Positions 24,933 to 35,243 are shown, counted from the stretch's first letter. The stretch is 64,000 bases of DNA from a virus (IMGVR_UViG_3300042892_004166:15097-79096); one strand, 5' to 3'. The notes: generated by a model not told the origin, from the letters alone. A program made the numbers and translations.

Positions 24933-25312
24933 TAAAATATCTAATTTTACTGTTTTACTTAACAACATACTCACAAGAGGTTATACTAACATCTGGTCAA
25001 TATGAATACAGTATTGGTCAAATATTTTATGTAGCACCTGAAGGGATACAAATTTCTGATGAAGAACCTAAGTTAAATTTACTAAATAACTTAATTTCCG
25101 AAGTTACTATTTATCCAAATCCTACTAAGAATAATATAATTGTGAATTCTAGAATTGATGAGTCTATAGACTATGAAGTCTATGATTTAACTGGAAGATT
25201 GATTAAAAGTAGTAGAATAAAAAATGAAGAAACTATTTTTTTTGAATCCCTGCCCAATACTTTATATTTAATAAAAATCAATAATAGAATTTATAAACTA
25301 CTTAAAATATAA
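24929..25312 (+). CDS. Secreted protein with T9SS (Por) C-terminal sorting domain
   Basis: N-terminal signal peptide. C-terminal EVTIYPNPTKNNIIVNS...YEVYDLTGRLIKS...LPNTLYLIKI matches the Bacteroidetes T9SS CTD pattern. Confidence 0.5.
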   Translation: MIKYLILLFYLTTYSQEVILTSGQYEYSIGQIFYVAPEGIQISDEEPKLNLLNNLISEVTIYPNPTKNNIIVNSRIDESIDYEVYDLTGRLIKSSRIKNEETIFFESLPNTLYLIKINNRIYKLLKI

Positions 25313-25315
25313 AAA

Positions 25316-25507
25316 ATGAGCAAAGTAAAAATTGTACTTGAGTACATTATAGACAACGAGGATTGGACAGACCAAGAGTATGAAGACAATCAAGATGTAG
25401 AAAGAACTTTGGAAATAACCGAAGAGATGCTAAGAGCTTTAATACTTCAAAATGTTGAACTGCAACCTGGAGACTTTATAGACCAAATTATAATAAATAA
25501 AAAATAA
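25316..25507 (+). CDS. Small acidic hypothetical protein
   Basis: ORF track. Confidence 0.35.
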   Translation: MSKVKIVLEYIIDNEDWTDQEYEDNQDVERTLEITEEMLRALILQNVELQPGDFIDQIIINKK

Positions 25508-25508
25508 G

Positions 25509-26216
25509 ATGAGAATCACATTAATTAGCGACACACATACTAAGCACGGTTTAATAGACCCTAAATTGGACCTTCCAGGTGGAGACTTATTACTTCATGC
25601 TGGGGATTTAATGAACTCTGGTTATAATAAAAATGACATTAAAGATTTTTGTCACTGGTATAATTCGCTTGAGCATTATGACCAAAAGATATTTATTGCC
25701 GGAAATCATGATAGAACCTTTGAGGATTTTCCAGATGATGCAAGAGAGATTTATAGTTCTTATAAAGGCATTACATATTTACAAGACGAAAGACTTGATT
25801 TATGGGACGAGGATGACCAACAAACAGTTATTTATGGTACTCCATGGCAGCCATGGTTCTATGACTGGGCTTTTAACCTTCCGAAAGGCGGACCAGGATT
25901 AATGAGCAAATGGGAAGCCATTCCGGAAGACACTGATATATTAATCACTCACGGACCACCTCAAGAGATTTTGGATATTAGTGGACCTCCATATAATGAG
26001 CCACTCTTAGGATGCGCCTTATTGAGAGAACGAGTAGATGTAGTTAAACCAAAGATACATGTTTTTGGGCATATTCACGGTAGTTATGGTTATAAGTTCT
26101 TGAATGGAACTCATTTCTTTAATGCTTCAATCTTGAATGAAGAGTATAAGTACACGAACAAACCAGTAACATTCGATTGGGACCCGGTTACTAATGAAGT
26201 AACATTCATAAATTAA
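25509..26216 (+). CDS. Calcineurin-like metallophosphoesterase
   Basis: ISDTH, GDL, GNHD, GH motifs in order. Confidence 0.65.
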   Translation: MRITLISDTHTKHGLIDPKLDLPGGDLLLHAGDLMNSGYNKNDIKDFCHWYNSLEHYDQKIFIAGNHDRTFEDFPDDAREIYSSYKGITYLQDERLDLWDEDDQQTVIYGTPWQPWFYDWAFNLPKGGPGLMSKWEAIPEDTDILITHGPPQEILDISGPPYNEPLLGCALLRERVDVVKPKIHVFGHIHGSYGYKFLNGTHFFNASILNEEYKYTNKPVTFDWDPVTNEVTFIN

Positions 26217-26287
26217 CAAAACATTAACACTCCAGATTTTACGGTCTGGGGTTTTTTGTTTATATTTACATTATAATTAAAACAAAC
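26213..26287 (+). promoter_or_regulatory. Intergenic cassette copy with hairpin CCAGAttttacggTCTGG
   Basis: Core TTGTTTATATTTACATTATAATTAAAACAAAC. ATG at 26291. Confidence 0.6.
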
Positions 26288-26290
26288 AAT

Positions 26291-26596
26291 ATGTCTGAAA
26301 AAGTAGAAATTACCGTAGTTAAAACAAAGCCCTTAAAATCCACAACAAGTGTTGAAGGAGTATTAGTACAATGCAGTGATAATAAATGGTACGCCATTTT
26401 AACAATGAGACCTAGTAGAAATCCATGGTATATGAAGGCTGTAAGTGCTACTTCTACCGGAAGAACTAATATTTCTGACGAACTATTCTCTAAGAGATGT
26501 ACTGGAAGTGTTAAACCTGATGTAGAGGAAGGAACACAAATATTATTAAACGCCCTAAATGGACTTGAAGTTCCAAAGGACAAAATCGCATATTAA
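26291..26596 (+). CDS. Hypothetical protein
   Basis: ORF track. Confidence 0.4.
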   Translation: MSEKVEITVVKTKPLKSTTSVEGVLVQCSDNKWYAILTMRPSRNPWYMKAVSATSTGRTNISDELFSKRCTGSVKPDVEEGTQILLNALNGLEVPKDKIAY

Positions 26597-26597
26597 A

Positions 26598-27203
26598 ATG
26601 ATAAACAACCTAGAAATAATCAAACCACTCCTAAACTTTGAAAACAAAGGAGACTTTTATATGCTCTATGTTTTTAAACGCAAGAAGGACCAGCCAGCAG
26701 AAGAACGAGATAATCACCAATCAGTAAGGACTATTAAGACTTATTGTATTGAGAGTATCGACCACCTTGAAAGAAGATGGGATGAGGTTATTCAACTTTG
26801 TGAAATGTTTAAAGCCAGAGCCTATATCCACGTACAAAAACAAAACCACTTCGATGTAAGTCTAAGTATGATGGTTGACTTGGCTCAACGTATCCAAAAT
26901 GGTCAACACAACCAAAAAGGTCTATTCGATTCGGTTGTAGGACAAATCAAAACCGGAGAGAAGAGATGGATAATCGATGTTGATGATATTATGGAAGCCA
27001 GTCCTATAATGATGGCCTACATAGACCATGAATGCGGACCATTTGGAGAGTCAAAAATCGAGGCTATTATCCCAACCAAGAATGGACATCACTTGATTAC
27101 TAAGAAATTCAATGTGTTAAAGTTTAAAGAGAAATATCCCGACCTGGACATACAAAAAAGGAACCCAACCTTATTGTATTACCCTAATAGTTTGGACCTA
27201 TAA
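26598..27203 (+). CDS. Hypothetical protein
   Basis: Start moved to ATG 26598 just after the upstream stop; the track start 26559 overlaps. Confidence 0.4.
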   Translation: MINNLEIIKPLLNFENKGDFYMLYVFKRKKDQPAEERDNHQSVRTIKTYCIESIDHLERRWDEVIQLCEMFKARAYIHVQKQNHFDVSLSMMVDLAQRIQNGQHNQKGLFDSVVGQIKTGEKRWIIDVDDIMEASPIMMAYIDHECGPFGESKIEAIIPTKNGHHLITKKFNVLKFKEKYPDLDIQKRNPTLLYYPNSLDL

Positions 27204-27260
27204 TTTAAAATATGGTCGTTTTAAATGGATATATACTTTAAATAAAAAAAAAGTTAAAGT

Positions 27261-29588
27261 ATGTCAATATTTAAAACGACTTTAAGTGTAGAGTCAGCCG
27301 ATCAATCTACACCTGTTAAATTTACCACTTCATATAACAACGATCTACTAGATAATATTGTTATGAGCAAGGTAACAGTTAATACTAATCCTACAGAAAT
27401 TCCATTAGGCGGTGGTAGATCTAGAGGTTCATTCCTTTATGTTAAATCAACTGCAACAAACCCAAAGCAAAATATAATTGGTATTGTAACTGGTGGAGGC
27501 GTAATCACTCTTTCTCCTGGAGAATTTGCCGCTGTTCCTCTTTATACATATAATGAAAACGAGGGTCCTTTTGGAAGTAACGGTATTGGAGCATTTACAA
27601 CAAATGGAACTGCAGAATTAGAATATTTTACTGGAAGTCGAGGAGAAGATGTTGGAGAAAATGTGCTTGTAAAATTCAAAGACTCTGGTACTACGTGGAA
27701 ATATTTTACATTAGACGCTAATACGGCAATCCCTGGACAAGGGCCTAATATATTTATGAACGGATCAATAGTAGATACTACAATTAACCACACTGACTAT
27801 CCAAATGAGACAATTCAAGCAGTTGTTAATCGAAAGGGTTATATTTGGAGATTTTTTGATAATGCCGGAAACAATATATTTGTTTTTGTAAATAGTAGAG
27901 GTTCTATAATCGGTGCTGAAAATATTAATCAAACTTTTAACAGTTACAATGGAGATGGAAGAGCCAACTTAATAACTTGGTATGACGGAGATGATGGACA
28001 TGCAATCTATTTTGATGGTGATAACTTTTATCAACATGATTTTATAGGTATTAGTAATATCTACGTTGAAAATAACTGGGATAACTGTACTGCTGATGGA
28101 ACTTTTACTGTGTATGTTGAAGGATATAATGGAACAGTAAATGAAGCCGTATTTTTAATTAAAGGTGCTAATAAAACCTTAATCAAAACCACCAATCCAA
28201 TCACCAATTTTACAAATTCTTACGTATATTCATACGGTAACTTTATTGTAGTTGAAACTTTAACCGAAGGAAATACATACGATGTTATAGAAACTCTAGA
28301 AATATTCAACACTGATGGTACACTTCTTAAAACTGTAGATTTTAATAATATTGAAATGACACAGCGTGACTACTATTTCTATGGTTCGGGTAAAATGCAA
28401 GTGGTATACACAAATAACAGTTCTGGAGATTTCATATTCTTGAACTACAACCAACTTACTGGAAAACTTATCGGAGAGGACCTAACTTGGACTTCAAATC
28501 ATAACGCTTATGAAGTTATCAGCAATACTTATCACACTGGAGCTGGAAGGGACTACAAACCAGAATCAGTTGCAATTATTTTGCATGGTAATTATTTTGT
28601 CAATAACAGTCTTTTATTAGATACAGACACTGACGGAGACCTTGAAGTAACTTATATTATCAATAATGATTTGGAACAAAGAAATTATATTGTACCAAAT
28701 ACTGAAGACAATTTCTATACAAGTAACGATTGGAACACCAAAATCTATGCAACTGATAAAGATTTTATATTACTATCAGGCGATAGTAACTTAAGTGGAC
28801 CATTGGTTGCAACTCGTTTTACATCCGGAGTTGAACCAACCCGTTTTAACCTTATTAATGATTTAAGTACTTATGATGCTTCAAATTATAATACGGATTG
28901 TTTTGGAGATTATCGTGCATTATGGCTTAGACCTGATACTGTTTCACCATACACTCGTGAAATAACCGTTTATGATTCAAAGGTACTGGACAAAATTTTA
29001 ATCAGTAATGATGATGACTGGTCTACTGAATTTAATACATTGATCGCCGTAGATTACGCTGCTGACAAAGAGTGGTACTTTAATACCTCTACTAAAAAAT
29101 GGACACTACTTCCAACATTTACTAATGGAAGTTATTGGAACGCTAATTCTGAAGGTGACCAATACCCTGTAAGTCCTGGTAAAATTTTATTAGTTAGACC
29201 TCAATTCACCTCAACATTAGACACCTTATATTGTAGAATGATAACCAGAGGAGCTGCGGCTAATGAAAAGGAATTACTTAAACTTGGAAACATAAACAGT
29301 TGGAATTTAGACATGAGCACCGAAACAGTAGTTTTAGCCTATAAGGAAACCTCAAATATTAATTGGAAAGTTCGTGTCTTTGACCTTAACCTTAGTTTTT
29401 TATATGAAATCGATACTGAAAAACCAAATTATGATAATTATACTAACTACGGAAAATTAAATTACTGGGTATTTTATGACAACAATGGTAACTATACTCA
29501 TTATAAATTTGGGAAATTGCTAAGCTCGTTAACTACAACCCATCCTAATGGATACAATTATGCTTTTGATAGCAACGGCTGGTGGTAA
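27261..29588 (+). CDS. Large Asn/Thr/Tyr/Gly-rich protein (775 aa), possibly structural or receptor-binding (tail-fibre-like composition)
   Basis: ORF track. Composition only; no motif recognised. Confidence 0.35.
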   Translation: MSIFKTTLSVESADQSTPVKFTTSYNNDLLDNIVMSKVTVNTNPTEIPLGGGRSRGSFLYVKSTATNPKQNIIGIVTGGGVITLSPGEFAAVPLYTYNENEGPFGSNGIGAFTTNGTAELEYFTGSRGEDVGENVLVKFKDSGTTWKYFTLDANTAIPGQGPNIFMNGSIVDTTINHTDYPNETIQAVVNRKGYIWRFFDNAGNNIFVFVNSRGSIIGAENINQTFNSYNGDGRANLITWYDGDDGHAIYFDGDNFYQHDFIGISNIYVENNWDNCTADGTFTVYVEGYNGTVNEAVFLIKGANKTLIKTTNPITNFTNSYVYSYGNFIVVETLTEGNTYDVIETLEIFNTDGTLLKTVDFNNIEMTQRDYYFYGSGKMQVVYTNNSSGDFIFLNYNQLTGKLIGEDLTWTSNHNAYEVISNTYHTGAGRDYKPESVAIILHGNYFVNNSLLLDTDTDGDLEVTYIINNDLEQRNYIVPNTEDNFYTSNDWNTKIYATDKDFILLSGDSNLSGPLVATRFTSGVEPTRFNLINDLSTYDASNYNTDCFGDYRALWLRPDTVSPYTREITVYDSKVLDKILISNDDDWSTEFNTLIAVDYAADKEWYFNTSTKKWTLLPTFTNGSYWNANSEGDQYPVSPGKILLVRPQFTSTLDTLYCRMITRGAAANEKELLKLGNINSWNLDMSTETVVLAYKETSNINWKVRVFDLNLSFLYEIDTEKPNYDNYTNYGKLNYWVFYDNNGNYTHYKFGKLLSSLTTTHPNGYNYAFDSNGWW

Positions 29589-29624
29589 TCTTTAAAATTT
29601 AATATAAAACAAAAACATATAAAT

Positions 29625-30029
29625 ATGAACTATACAGTTAACGCAAACATCTACGAAACAGTAGATGTAAATTATAAAAAGAAAGATTCAAAAGGAGTAC
29701 AACTTCTTTCTGAATATAAAAAAGAACCCGTTAAAAAAAGAGCTTTTAGTTTATCAACAGAGGCTAATATTGAAACATACACTGCAGATGAAATTATCAC
29801 ATCAGTGAAAGCCAAATTAAATCTTCCAGAAGGGGTAGTTGATGTTAAACTTACAGCGCACGGAAAAGATTTAGTTGGAACCGAGGCAGTAACCTCTTAC
29901 GGAGTAAAATTTGAAGCAACTCTTCCACTTAAAACAAAAGCAGAAGTTCCTGTTGCTCCAGTAGTTGAAGAAACTCCAGTAGTAGAAGAAACTCCAGTAG
30001 TAGAAGAAACTCCAGAAAACCCTGCATAA
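29625..30029 (+). CDS. Hypothetical protein with C-terminal (ETPVVE)x3 tandem repeat
   Basis: PVVEETPVVEETPVVEETPENPA. Confidence 0.4.
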   Translation: MNYTVNANIYETVDVNYKKKDSKGVQLLSEYKKEPVKKRAFSLSTEANIETYTADEIITSVKAKLNLPEGVVDVKLTAHGKDLVGTEAVTSYGVKFEATLPLKTKAEVPVAPVVEETPVVEETPVVEETPENPA

Positions 30030-30049
30030 ATAAAAAATAATATAAAGAG

Positions 30050-30466
30050 ATGGCATCATTAAAAACAACAATAACACTGGATTCAAGTACTCTTTTCCCA
30101 AATCCATTGTCAATAAAATCAACAGATACTGAGACTATTAATGGCGATTCAACATCATTAATTACTAATCAAATTCAGCCATCTGCTACAGAAGTATTAT
30201 TAGAAACTAACGAACAATCTGGAAATTTTGGAATTATTTATCTATATTGTCAATCTGCAAGTACTAATTCAAACTTCGGAATTGATATTTATTTAACACA
30301 TAAAAGCGCACCTACAGTTACCATACATTTCGCAAGATTGCTATCTGGAAATGCAACATTCCTACCAATTTATGCAGCAGACATTGCAGGTTTCAAAATC
30401 GATATTAAAAATAATGACCCGGTTAGCCCAGCAACAGTAACATATTTTTACGGTTCTAAAGACTAA
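30050..30466 (+). CDS. Hypothetical protein
   Basis: ORF track. Confidence 0.4.
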   Translation: MASLKTTITLDSSTLFPNPLSIKSTDTETINGDSTSLITNQIQPSATEVLLETNEQSGNFGIIYLYCQSASTNSNFGIDIYLTHKSAPTVTIHFARLLSGNATFLPIYAADIAGFKIDIKNNDPVSPATVTYFYGSKD

Positions 30467-30487
30467 TTAAAAGATACATTTAATACA

Positions 30488-30517
30488 GGAGAGGAGCAAT
30501 ATTGCTCCTCTTTTTTT
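30488..30517 (+). terminator. Rho-independent terminator
   Basis: GAGGAGCAAT-ATTGCTCCTC + TTTTTTT. Confidence 0.65.
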
Positions 30518-30603
30518 GTTAATAACTTTAACAAAATTTTAACACTTAAAGTTTTACCGATTCAAAACTATTGATTATATTTACATATCAAATTAAAACA
30601 AAC
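30518..30603 (+). promoter_or_regulatory. Intergenic cassette copy (hairpin-less variant)
   Basis: GTTAATAACTTTAACAAAATTTTAACAC ... TTGATTATATTTACATATCAAATTAAAAC. ATG at 30609. Confidence 0.55.
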
Positions 30604-30608
30604 ACATT

Positions 30609-31274
30609 ATGAAAATAGTAGTTAACCCAGGACAAAGAGTCTTTTTTACTTCAGACACTCACTACAACCATACAAATATTTGTAGAGGAGTTAGTAAATG
30701 GGATGGTGCCCGAGGTACTAGGGATTACAAGACATTGGACCAGATGAACATCGACTTGCAGGACAATATAAACATGTTGGTTATGGAAAACGACATCCTG
30801 ATTCACTTGGGTGATTGGAGCTTTGGTGGTTTTGATTCTATTGTAGAATTTAGAAACAAATTAAACTGTAAAAATATCCACCTTTTCTTAGGAAATCACG
30901 ACCATCATATCCTTACAAACCGTGGAGATGTTCAAGACCTTTTCGCCTCAGTAAATGAGCAAAGAATGGTTACAATCGTTATGCCTCCATTGGTTAAAAA
31001 CGGACCAAGTGCAAAACACCGATTCGTAATGAGTCACTACCCTATGGCTAGTTGGCAAGATATGGGACAGGGAGTTATGCACATCCACGGACATATTCAC
31101 ACACCTCACCAGTTTAAAGTTGGACCTGGCCGAATGATGGATGTTGGAATCGATGGAAGTCCTGATTTTCAGCCATACACAATTCAACAAGTTTTGAAAC
31201 TAATTGGCAATAGACCTATAAAATCTTTATTAACCCATGAATTTGACCACCATAATGACGCGGCAACTTCTTAA
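30609..31274 (+). CDS. Calcineurin-like metallophosphoesterase (second copy)
   Basis: FFTSDTHYNH, GDWSFGG, GNHDHH, HIHGHIH motifs. Confidence 0.6.
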   Translation: MKIVVNPGQRVFFTSDTHYNHTNICRGVSKWDGARGTRDYKTLDQMNIDLQDNINMLVMENDILIHLGDWSFGGFDSIVEFRNKLNCKNIHLFLGNHDHHILTNRGDVQDLFASVNEQRMVTIVMPPLVKNGPSAKHRFVMSHYPMASWQDMGQGVMHIHGHIHTPHQFKVGPGRMMDVGIDGSPDFQPYTIQQVLKLIGNRPIKSLLTHEFDHHNDAATS

Positions 31275-31286
31275 TTTTAAACAACT

Positions 31287-31571
31287 ATGAATACATTTTC
31301 TAAATTTTTCTTGATGATTCTTGGTATCTTTATCGGAATCGCCGGAGTATTTCAACTCCAACAAATTGCATTTGAACTATTAAGTGCACCGGACGATGGT
31401 CTCTTCTTTCTGGGACTTTTTTATCTAGCAATTGTAATTTTTATATGGGGAAGTGCCGTATATGTTATAGCTGACTATTTAATAAAGTTAAAGAACAAAA
31501 AAGACTCTGAATGCACTACATGTAAATGTGGAGCAAAAAAAGTAAGTAATAAACAAAAACCAAATAATTAA
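31287..31571 (+). CDS. Small membrane protein (possible NfeD-like partner of the downstream SPFH protein)
   Basis: Two TM helices + C-terminal CTTCKCG. Gene order small-membrane then SPFH. Confidence 0.35.
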   Translation: MNTFSKFFLMILGIFIGIAGVFQLQQIAFELLSAPDDGLFFLGLFYLAIVIFIWGSAVYVIADYLIKLKNKKDSECTTCKCGAKKVSNKQKPNN

Positions 31572-31586
31572 TTTAAAACAAAAAAA

Positions 31587-32432
31587 ATGAGATTAAAATC
31601 GATTGGAATTATTTTAGCAGTAGTAGTAGGTATTTTCGCAATGTTTAGTTCATGCGAAGTAATTGATGCAGGACATGTAGGAGTAAAGGTTAACATGTAT
31701 GGCTCAGGTAAAGGGGTCAATAATGTAACAGCATGCACAGGATGGGTATTTTTTAATCCTGTTACAACAAAGATTTATGAGTTTCCAACATTTATTCAAC
31801 ATAAAGAATATAAGAACTCAGAGGAAGGAGACAATTCATTTACTGTAAATACAAAAGATGGTTCGGAGTTCCGAGTTGCACCTATCTTAAACTATTCAGT
31901 AGCAGCCGACAAAGCACCTTCAATATTTGCCAAATATCGTAGAACCTTACCAGAATTGGAGGAAGGTTTCTTAAAGACGGCAATATATGACGCATTCCGA
32001 CTTGCAACTAATAAATATTCAGCAGAACAATTAATATCAAATAGAGCCCTTTTCGAAGTTGAAGTAAGAAGGTTATTAGAAGCGCAGATTGTTAAAGAAG
32101 GATTTATAGTTAATCAATTTACATCTAACTTAGAATATCCTACATCATTTAAGAATGCCATTAATGCTAAGAACAACGCAGTTCAGGCAGCCCTAACCGC
32201 AGAGAATCAAGTACAAACTGCGACAGCTCAAGCTAAAATTAAAGTAGCAAAAGCACAAGGAGACGCTGAAGCCCTGTTAACAAACGCAAGAGCAGAAGCA
32301 GAGTCTAATAAATTAAGACAATCGACCTTGACTCCGATGTTATTACAGCAACAATGGATAGAGAGATGGGATGGAGCACTTCCTACAACTCAATTGGCAA
32401 GTGGAGCTAATACTATGTATGGCTTAAAATAA
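31587..32432 (+). CDS. SPFH/band-7 (prohibitin/HflK/C-like) domain protein
   Basis: N-terminal TM. AGHVGVKVNMYGSGKGV ... VAPILNYSV ... LISNRALFEVEVRRLLE is typical of the SPFH core. Coiled-coil Ala/Gln-rich tail. Confidence 0.6.
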   Translation: MRLKSIGIILAVVVGIFAMFSSCEVIDAGHVGVKVNMYGSGKGVNNVTACTGWVFFNPVTTKIYEFPTFIQHKEYKNSEEGDNSFTVNTKDGSEFRVAPILNYSVAADKAPSIFAKYRRTLPELEEGFLKTAIYDAFRLATNKYSAEQLISNRALFEVEVRRLLEAQIVKEGFIVNQFTSNLEYPTSFKNAINAKNNAVQAALTAENQVQTATAQAKIKVAKAQGDAEALLTNARAEAESNKLRQSTLTPMLLQQQWIERWDGALPTTQLASGANTMYGLK

Positions 32433-32435
32433 ATT

Positions 32436-32519
32436 GTTAATAACTTTTTAAAAATAATTAACCTGACATTTTACCATGTCAGGTTTTTTGTTTATATTTA
32501 CATTATAATTAAAACAAAC
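32436..32519 (+). promoter_or_regulatory. Intergenic cassette copy with hairpin ACCTGACAttttaccaTGTCAGGT
   Basis: Core TTGTTTATATTTACATTATAATTAAAACAAAC. ATG at 32524. Confidence 0.6.
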
Positions 32520-32523
32520 AATT

Positions 32524-32682
32524 ATGACAATCTACACAGTTTTACCGTACTTTTCTAATCCAGATGACGGAGTATTCTTCAATGATGTTAAGAGCTTTAC
32601 TGATTATGATGAAGCTTACCACTATGCTACAAGCTACTGCTCTGGAAAAACGTTTGACATAATCGAAAACCAATTAGACTAA
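32524..32682 (+). CDS. Small hypothetical protein (52 aa)
   Basis: Hand-translated; directly follows cassette. Confidence 0.3.
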   Translation: MTIYTVLPYFSNPDDGVFFNDVKSFTDYDEAYHYATSYCSGKTFDIIENQLD

Positions 32683-32687
32683 AAAAT

Positions 32688-33620
32688 ATGAATTGTAACT
32701 ACAGAATACTAAAAGACGTGCATATCGGACAGAGAGTTCGTAAAACAAAGGACAAAACTACAGTGCCTTTCAAAAATGACCCGATGACGGACGTAAAAAT
32801 CATGAAATGGAACCAATTAGGGTTTCAACTAAGTCACCCAGACTTACCAAAAGATATTTGGGTTGATTTCCATCAATTGCCATTAGACACTATCCAATTA
32901 GAATATGGTGTTATTAAGAATCCAATCACATTCGTAGAAGAGGTAATGGTCGGAGGTTCGATGGTCCTTGTCCGCGCCGATACATTGGATTACATGGAGA
33001 TGATACATGACAAGAAGGAGAAAGAGGAGGCTGCAACCTACGGTGTTAGAGCGTTGACTCCAGGTGATAGAGTTATTAGTGCAATATGTAAACATGGAAA
33101 TGTAATGGTGTACTTAGGTACATTTAATATTGCAACGTACGGCTATTCTAGAAGTTATGGTTATAGAAGTGATAGCAAAACTTTCTATTATGTTAATGAA
33201 ACTCCTGAAAGAGCCTTCTTTGCATACGAAGACCCTGATGGGAAGTATAACATCAAATCATATCCTATTCAAAACAAAATTGTCAAAGAGAATTATTTAG
33301 CATCTGATAAAGATAGAGGAGATAGAGTAGACCCTCAATTCACCGACGAATCACAAAATCTTCAAATGGTCCTGGATTTGGCATTAGCCAGAAGATATGA
33401 GGCAAAATATTCTGATGAGAAAATCAAGGAGATTAAGGAACAATACCCTAAAATGAAATATGGTGAATATGACCCTATTTGTTACATACAAAAAGGTAAA
33501 ACCAACATTAGAGAAAATGCACTAGGTTTTATGAAAGAAGGTAATTTAATGGAAACTACCCGATTGTATTTAAACGAACAAGAGGCAAATACAGCATATA
33601 GCAATTCTAGAAGATACTAA
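32688..33620 (+). CDS. Hypothetical protein
   Basis: ORF track. Confidence 0.4.
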   Translation: MNCNYRILKDVHIGQRVRKTKDKTTVPFKNDPMTDVKIMKWNQLGFQLSHPDLPKDIWVDFHQLPLDTIQLEYGVIKNPITFVEEVMVGGSMVLVRADTLDYMEMIHDKKEKEEAATYGVRALTPGDRVISAICKHGNVMVYLGTFNIATYGYSRSYGYRSDSKTFYYVNETPERAFFAYEDPDGKYNIKSYPIQNKIVKENYLASDKDRGDRVDPQFTDESQNLQMVLDLALARRYEAKYSDEKIKEIKEQYPKMKYGEYDPICYIQKGKTNIRENALGFMKEGNLMETTRLYLNEQEANTAYSNSRRY

Positions 33621-33699
33621 ACTTTAACAAAATTTTAACACTCTGGATTTTCCGGATTCAAAACAATTGATTATATTTACATATCTAATTTTAACAAAG
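33621..33699 (+). promoter_or_regulatory. Intergenic cassette copy
   Basis: AACTTTAACAAAATTTTAACAC ... TTGATTATATTTACATATCTAATTTTAAC. ATG at 33707. Confidence 0.55.
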
Positions 33700-33706
33700 A
33701 AACATT

Positions 33707-34045
33707 ATGAGAAATTCAATTTTAACAATTCAAATTTTAGTAGTAGCAATTATTATCGTGGCCATTGGTTTTGGAATCACTGGATATGCTAACGTAAACA
33801 CAGTTACCGCAAAGGTAGAAGGTAAGGAGAGAATTACCGAACAGAACGGAAAAACAATCGACTCTTATTATTTAGTGTACACTGACAAAGGTACATTAAA
33901 ATTAGAAGATGACCTTTTCCGCGGTAATTTTTATTCAAGCGACGAGTATGGTAAACTGAGACAAGATTCTACGTATACCTTCAAAACATCGGGTTACCGT
34001 ATCGGTTTTTTGAGTTCATACCCTAACATTATAGAAGTAAAGTAA
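33707..34045 (+). CDS. Hypothetical protein with N-terminal TM anchor
   Basis: ORF track. Confidence 0.4.
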   Translation: MRNSILTIQILVVAIIIVAIGFGITGYANVNTVTAKVEGKERITEQNGKTIDSYYLVYTDKGTLKLEDDLFRGNFYSSDEYGKLRQDSTYTFKTSGYRIGFLSSYPNIIEVK

Positions 34046-34290
34046 TGTTAAGCGCCGCAAAATACGTAATTGTTGATGGATGTGCCATCATATTCTCAGC
34101 AGCTATCCAACATAAAGATATGGTTGGACACAACGAAATAGCAACTGGAGCCGGATTTGTCAGATTTATCTTTGATGAAAAAGATGATCAGATTAAAGCA
34201 ATGGCTTATGGAAAATCAATATCATTAGGAATCGGGTCGCAAGAAAGAGACACACATATACTAACAACACAAATAACTAATACCTATTAA
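34045..34290 (+). CDS. Hypothetical protein
   Basis: ORF track. Confidence 0.35.
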   Translation: MLSAAKYVIVDGCAIIFSAAIQHKDMVGHNEIATGAGFVRFIFDEKDDQIKAMAYGKSISLGIGSQERDTHILTTQITNTY

Positions 34291-34291
34291 G

Positions 34292-34702
34292 ATGCAAAAA
34301 CATTATTTTGAATTAGACAAAGTAGAATCAATTACTTTAACACTAGAAAGAGAAACGGCTTACCGATGGTATCCAGAGATTCCTGCAACACCTAAGATGT
34401 TCTTAGGAATTCCAATTGGTACTAATAAGGCAATTCCAGCAGGTTGGAACGAATACAAAGATTGTGCAGGAAATGAAAAATGGCAGTGGGATAGAACTAA
34501 AACATCATATTTTGAAGGTTATTCATCATATCGAATTGATGAAACCAACAAAAGGATTTACAATAAATCTCATGTTGAAATCCGACTAGGTTACAAACAA
34601 TCTTTTGGAAAAACATTCGACTCGAATAATGAGGCTCAAACTTATGTAGATGACTTAATCCTAAGTTCAGACAAAAACTTTCACGTAATCATTAACAAAT
34701 AA
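34292..34702 (+). CDS. Hypothetical protein
   Basis: ORF track. Confidence 0.4.
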   Translation: MQKHYFELDKVESITLTLERETAYRWYPEIPATPKMFLGIPIGTNKAIPAGWNEYKDCAGNEKWQWDRTKTSYFEGYSSYRIDETNKRIYNKSHVEIRLGYKQSFGKTFDSNNEAQTYVDDLILSSDKNFHVIINK

Positions 34703-34706
34703 AACT

Positions 34707-35243
34707 ATGAAATTAAACATCAATTCAAACACAGCACAATTGTACAGATGGTTCTATGGAACTTCTAGAATGCCAGAATCCTTATGTCCATACTTCTGGA
34801 AACTTGTCCTAATGTGGACGTTTATCCTACCATATTCGATTCTATCCCTTCCTGTAATTATTATGGAGAGACTAGATAGAAGCCAAACGCATTCGACTGG
34901 AGAACGTGCAGGTCTAGGATTTATTGCGTGGTTTATTTTATTTATTCTAATATGTATGGTATCATGGGTTGGTTTACTCTTTGTAGAACCTGTTAAAGAC
35001 ACCTTATATTATCATTCAATTGTAATCGGAGGAATGGGATGGGTACTTTCTTTTGGAATTGGAATTGCTACTGCTTATAACTATTTAACAAAACTATGGA
35101 AAAACCGAAACATTAAATATGATGAACACGGCTACCGAATTTGGAATCCTATTGTAGAAGAACAAGATTCGATTATTGTAAGTTTTGTTAAAGCATCGTA
35201 TAATAAATATTGTCCTAAAATAGATTGGAACCATAACAAATAA
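34707..35243 (+). CDS. Membrane protein (4 TM)
   Basis: ORF track; hydrophobic. Confidence 0.4.
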   Translation: MKLNINSNTAQLYRWFYGTSRMPESLCPYFWKLVLMWTFILPYSILSLPVIIMERLDRSQTHSTGERAGLGFIAWFILFILICMVSWVGLLFVEPVKDTLYYHSIVIGGMGWVLSFGIGIATAYNYLTKLWKNRNIKYDEHGYRIWNPIVEEQDSIIVSFVKASYNKYCPKIDWNHNK

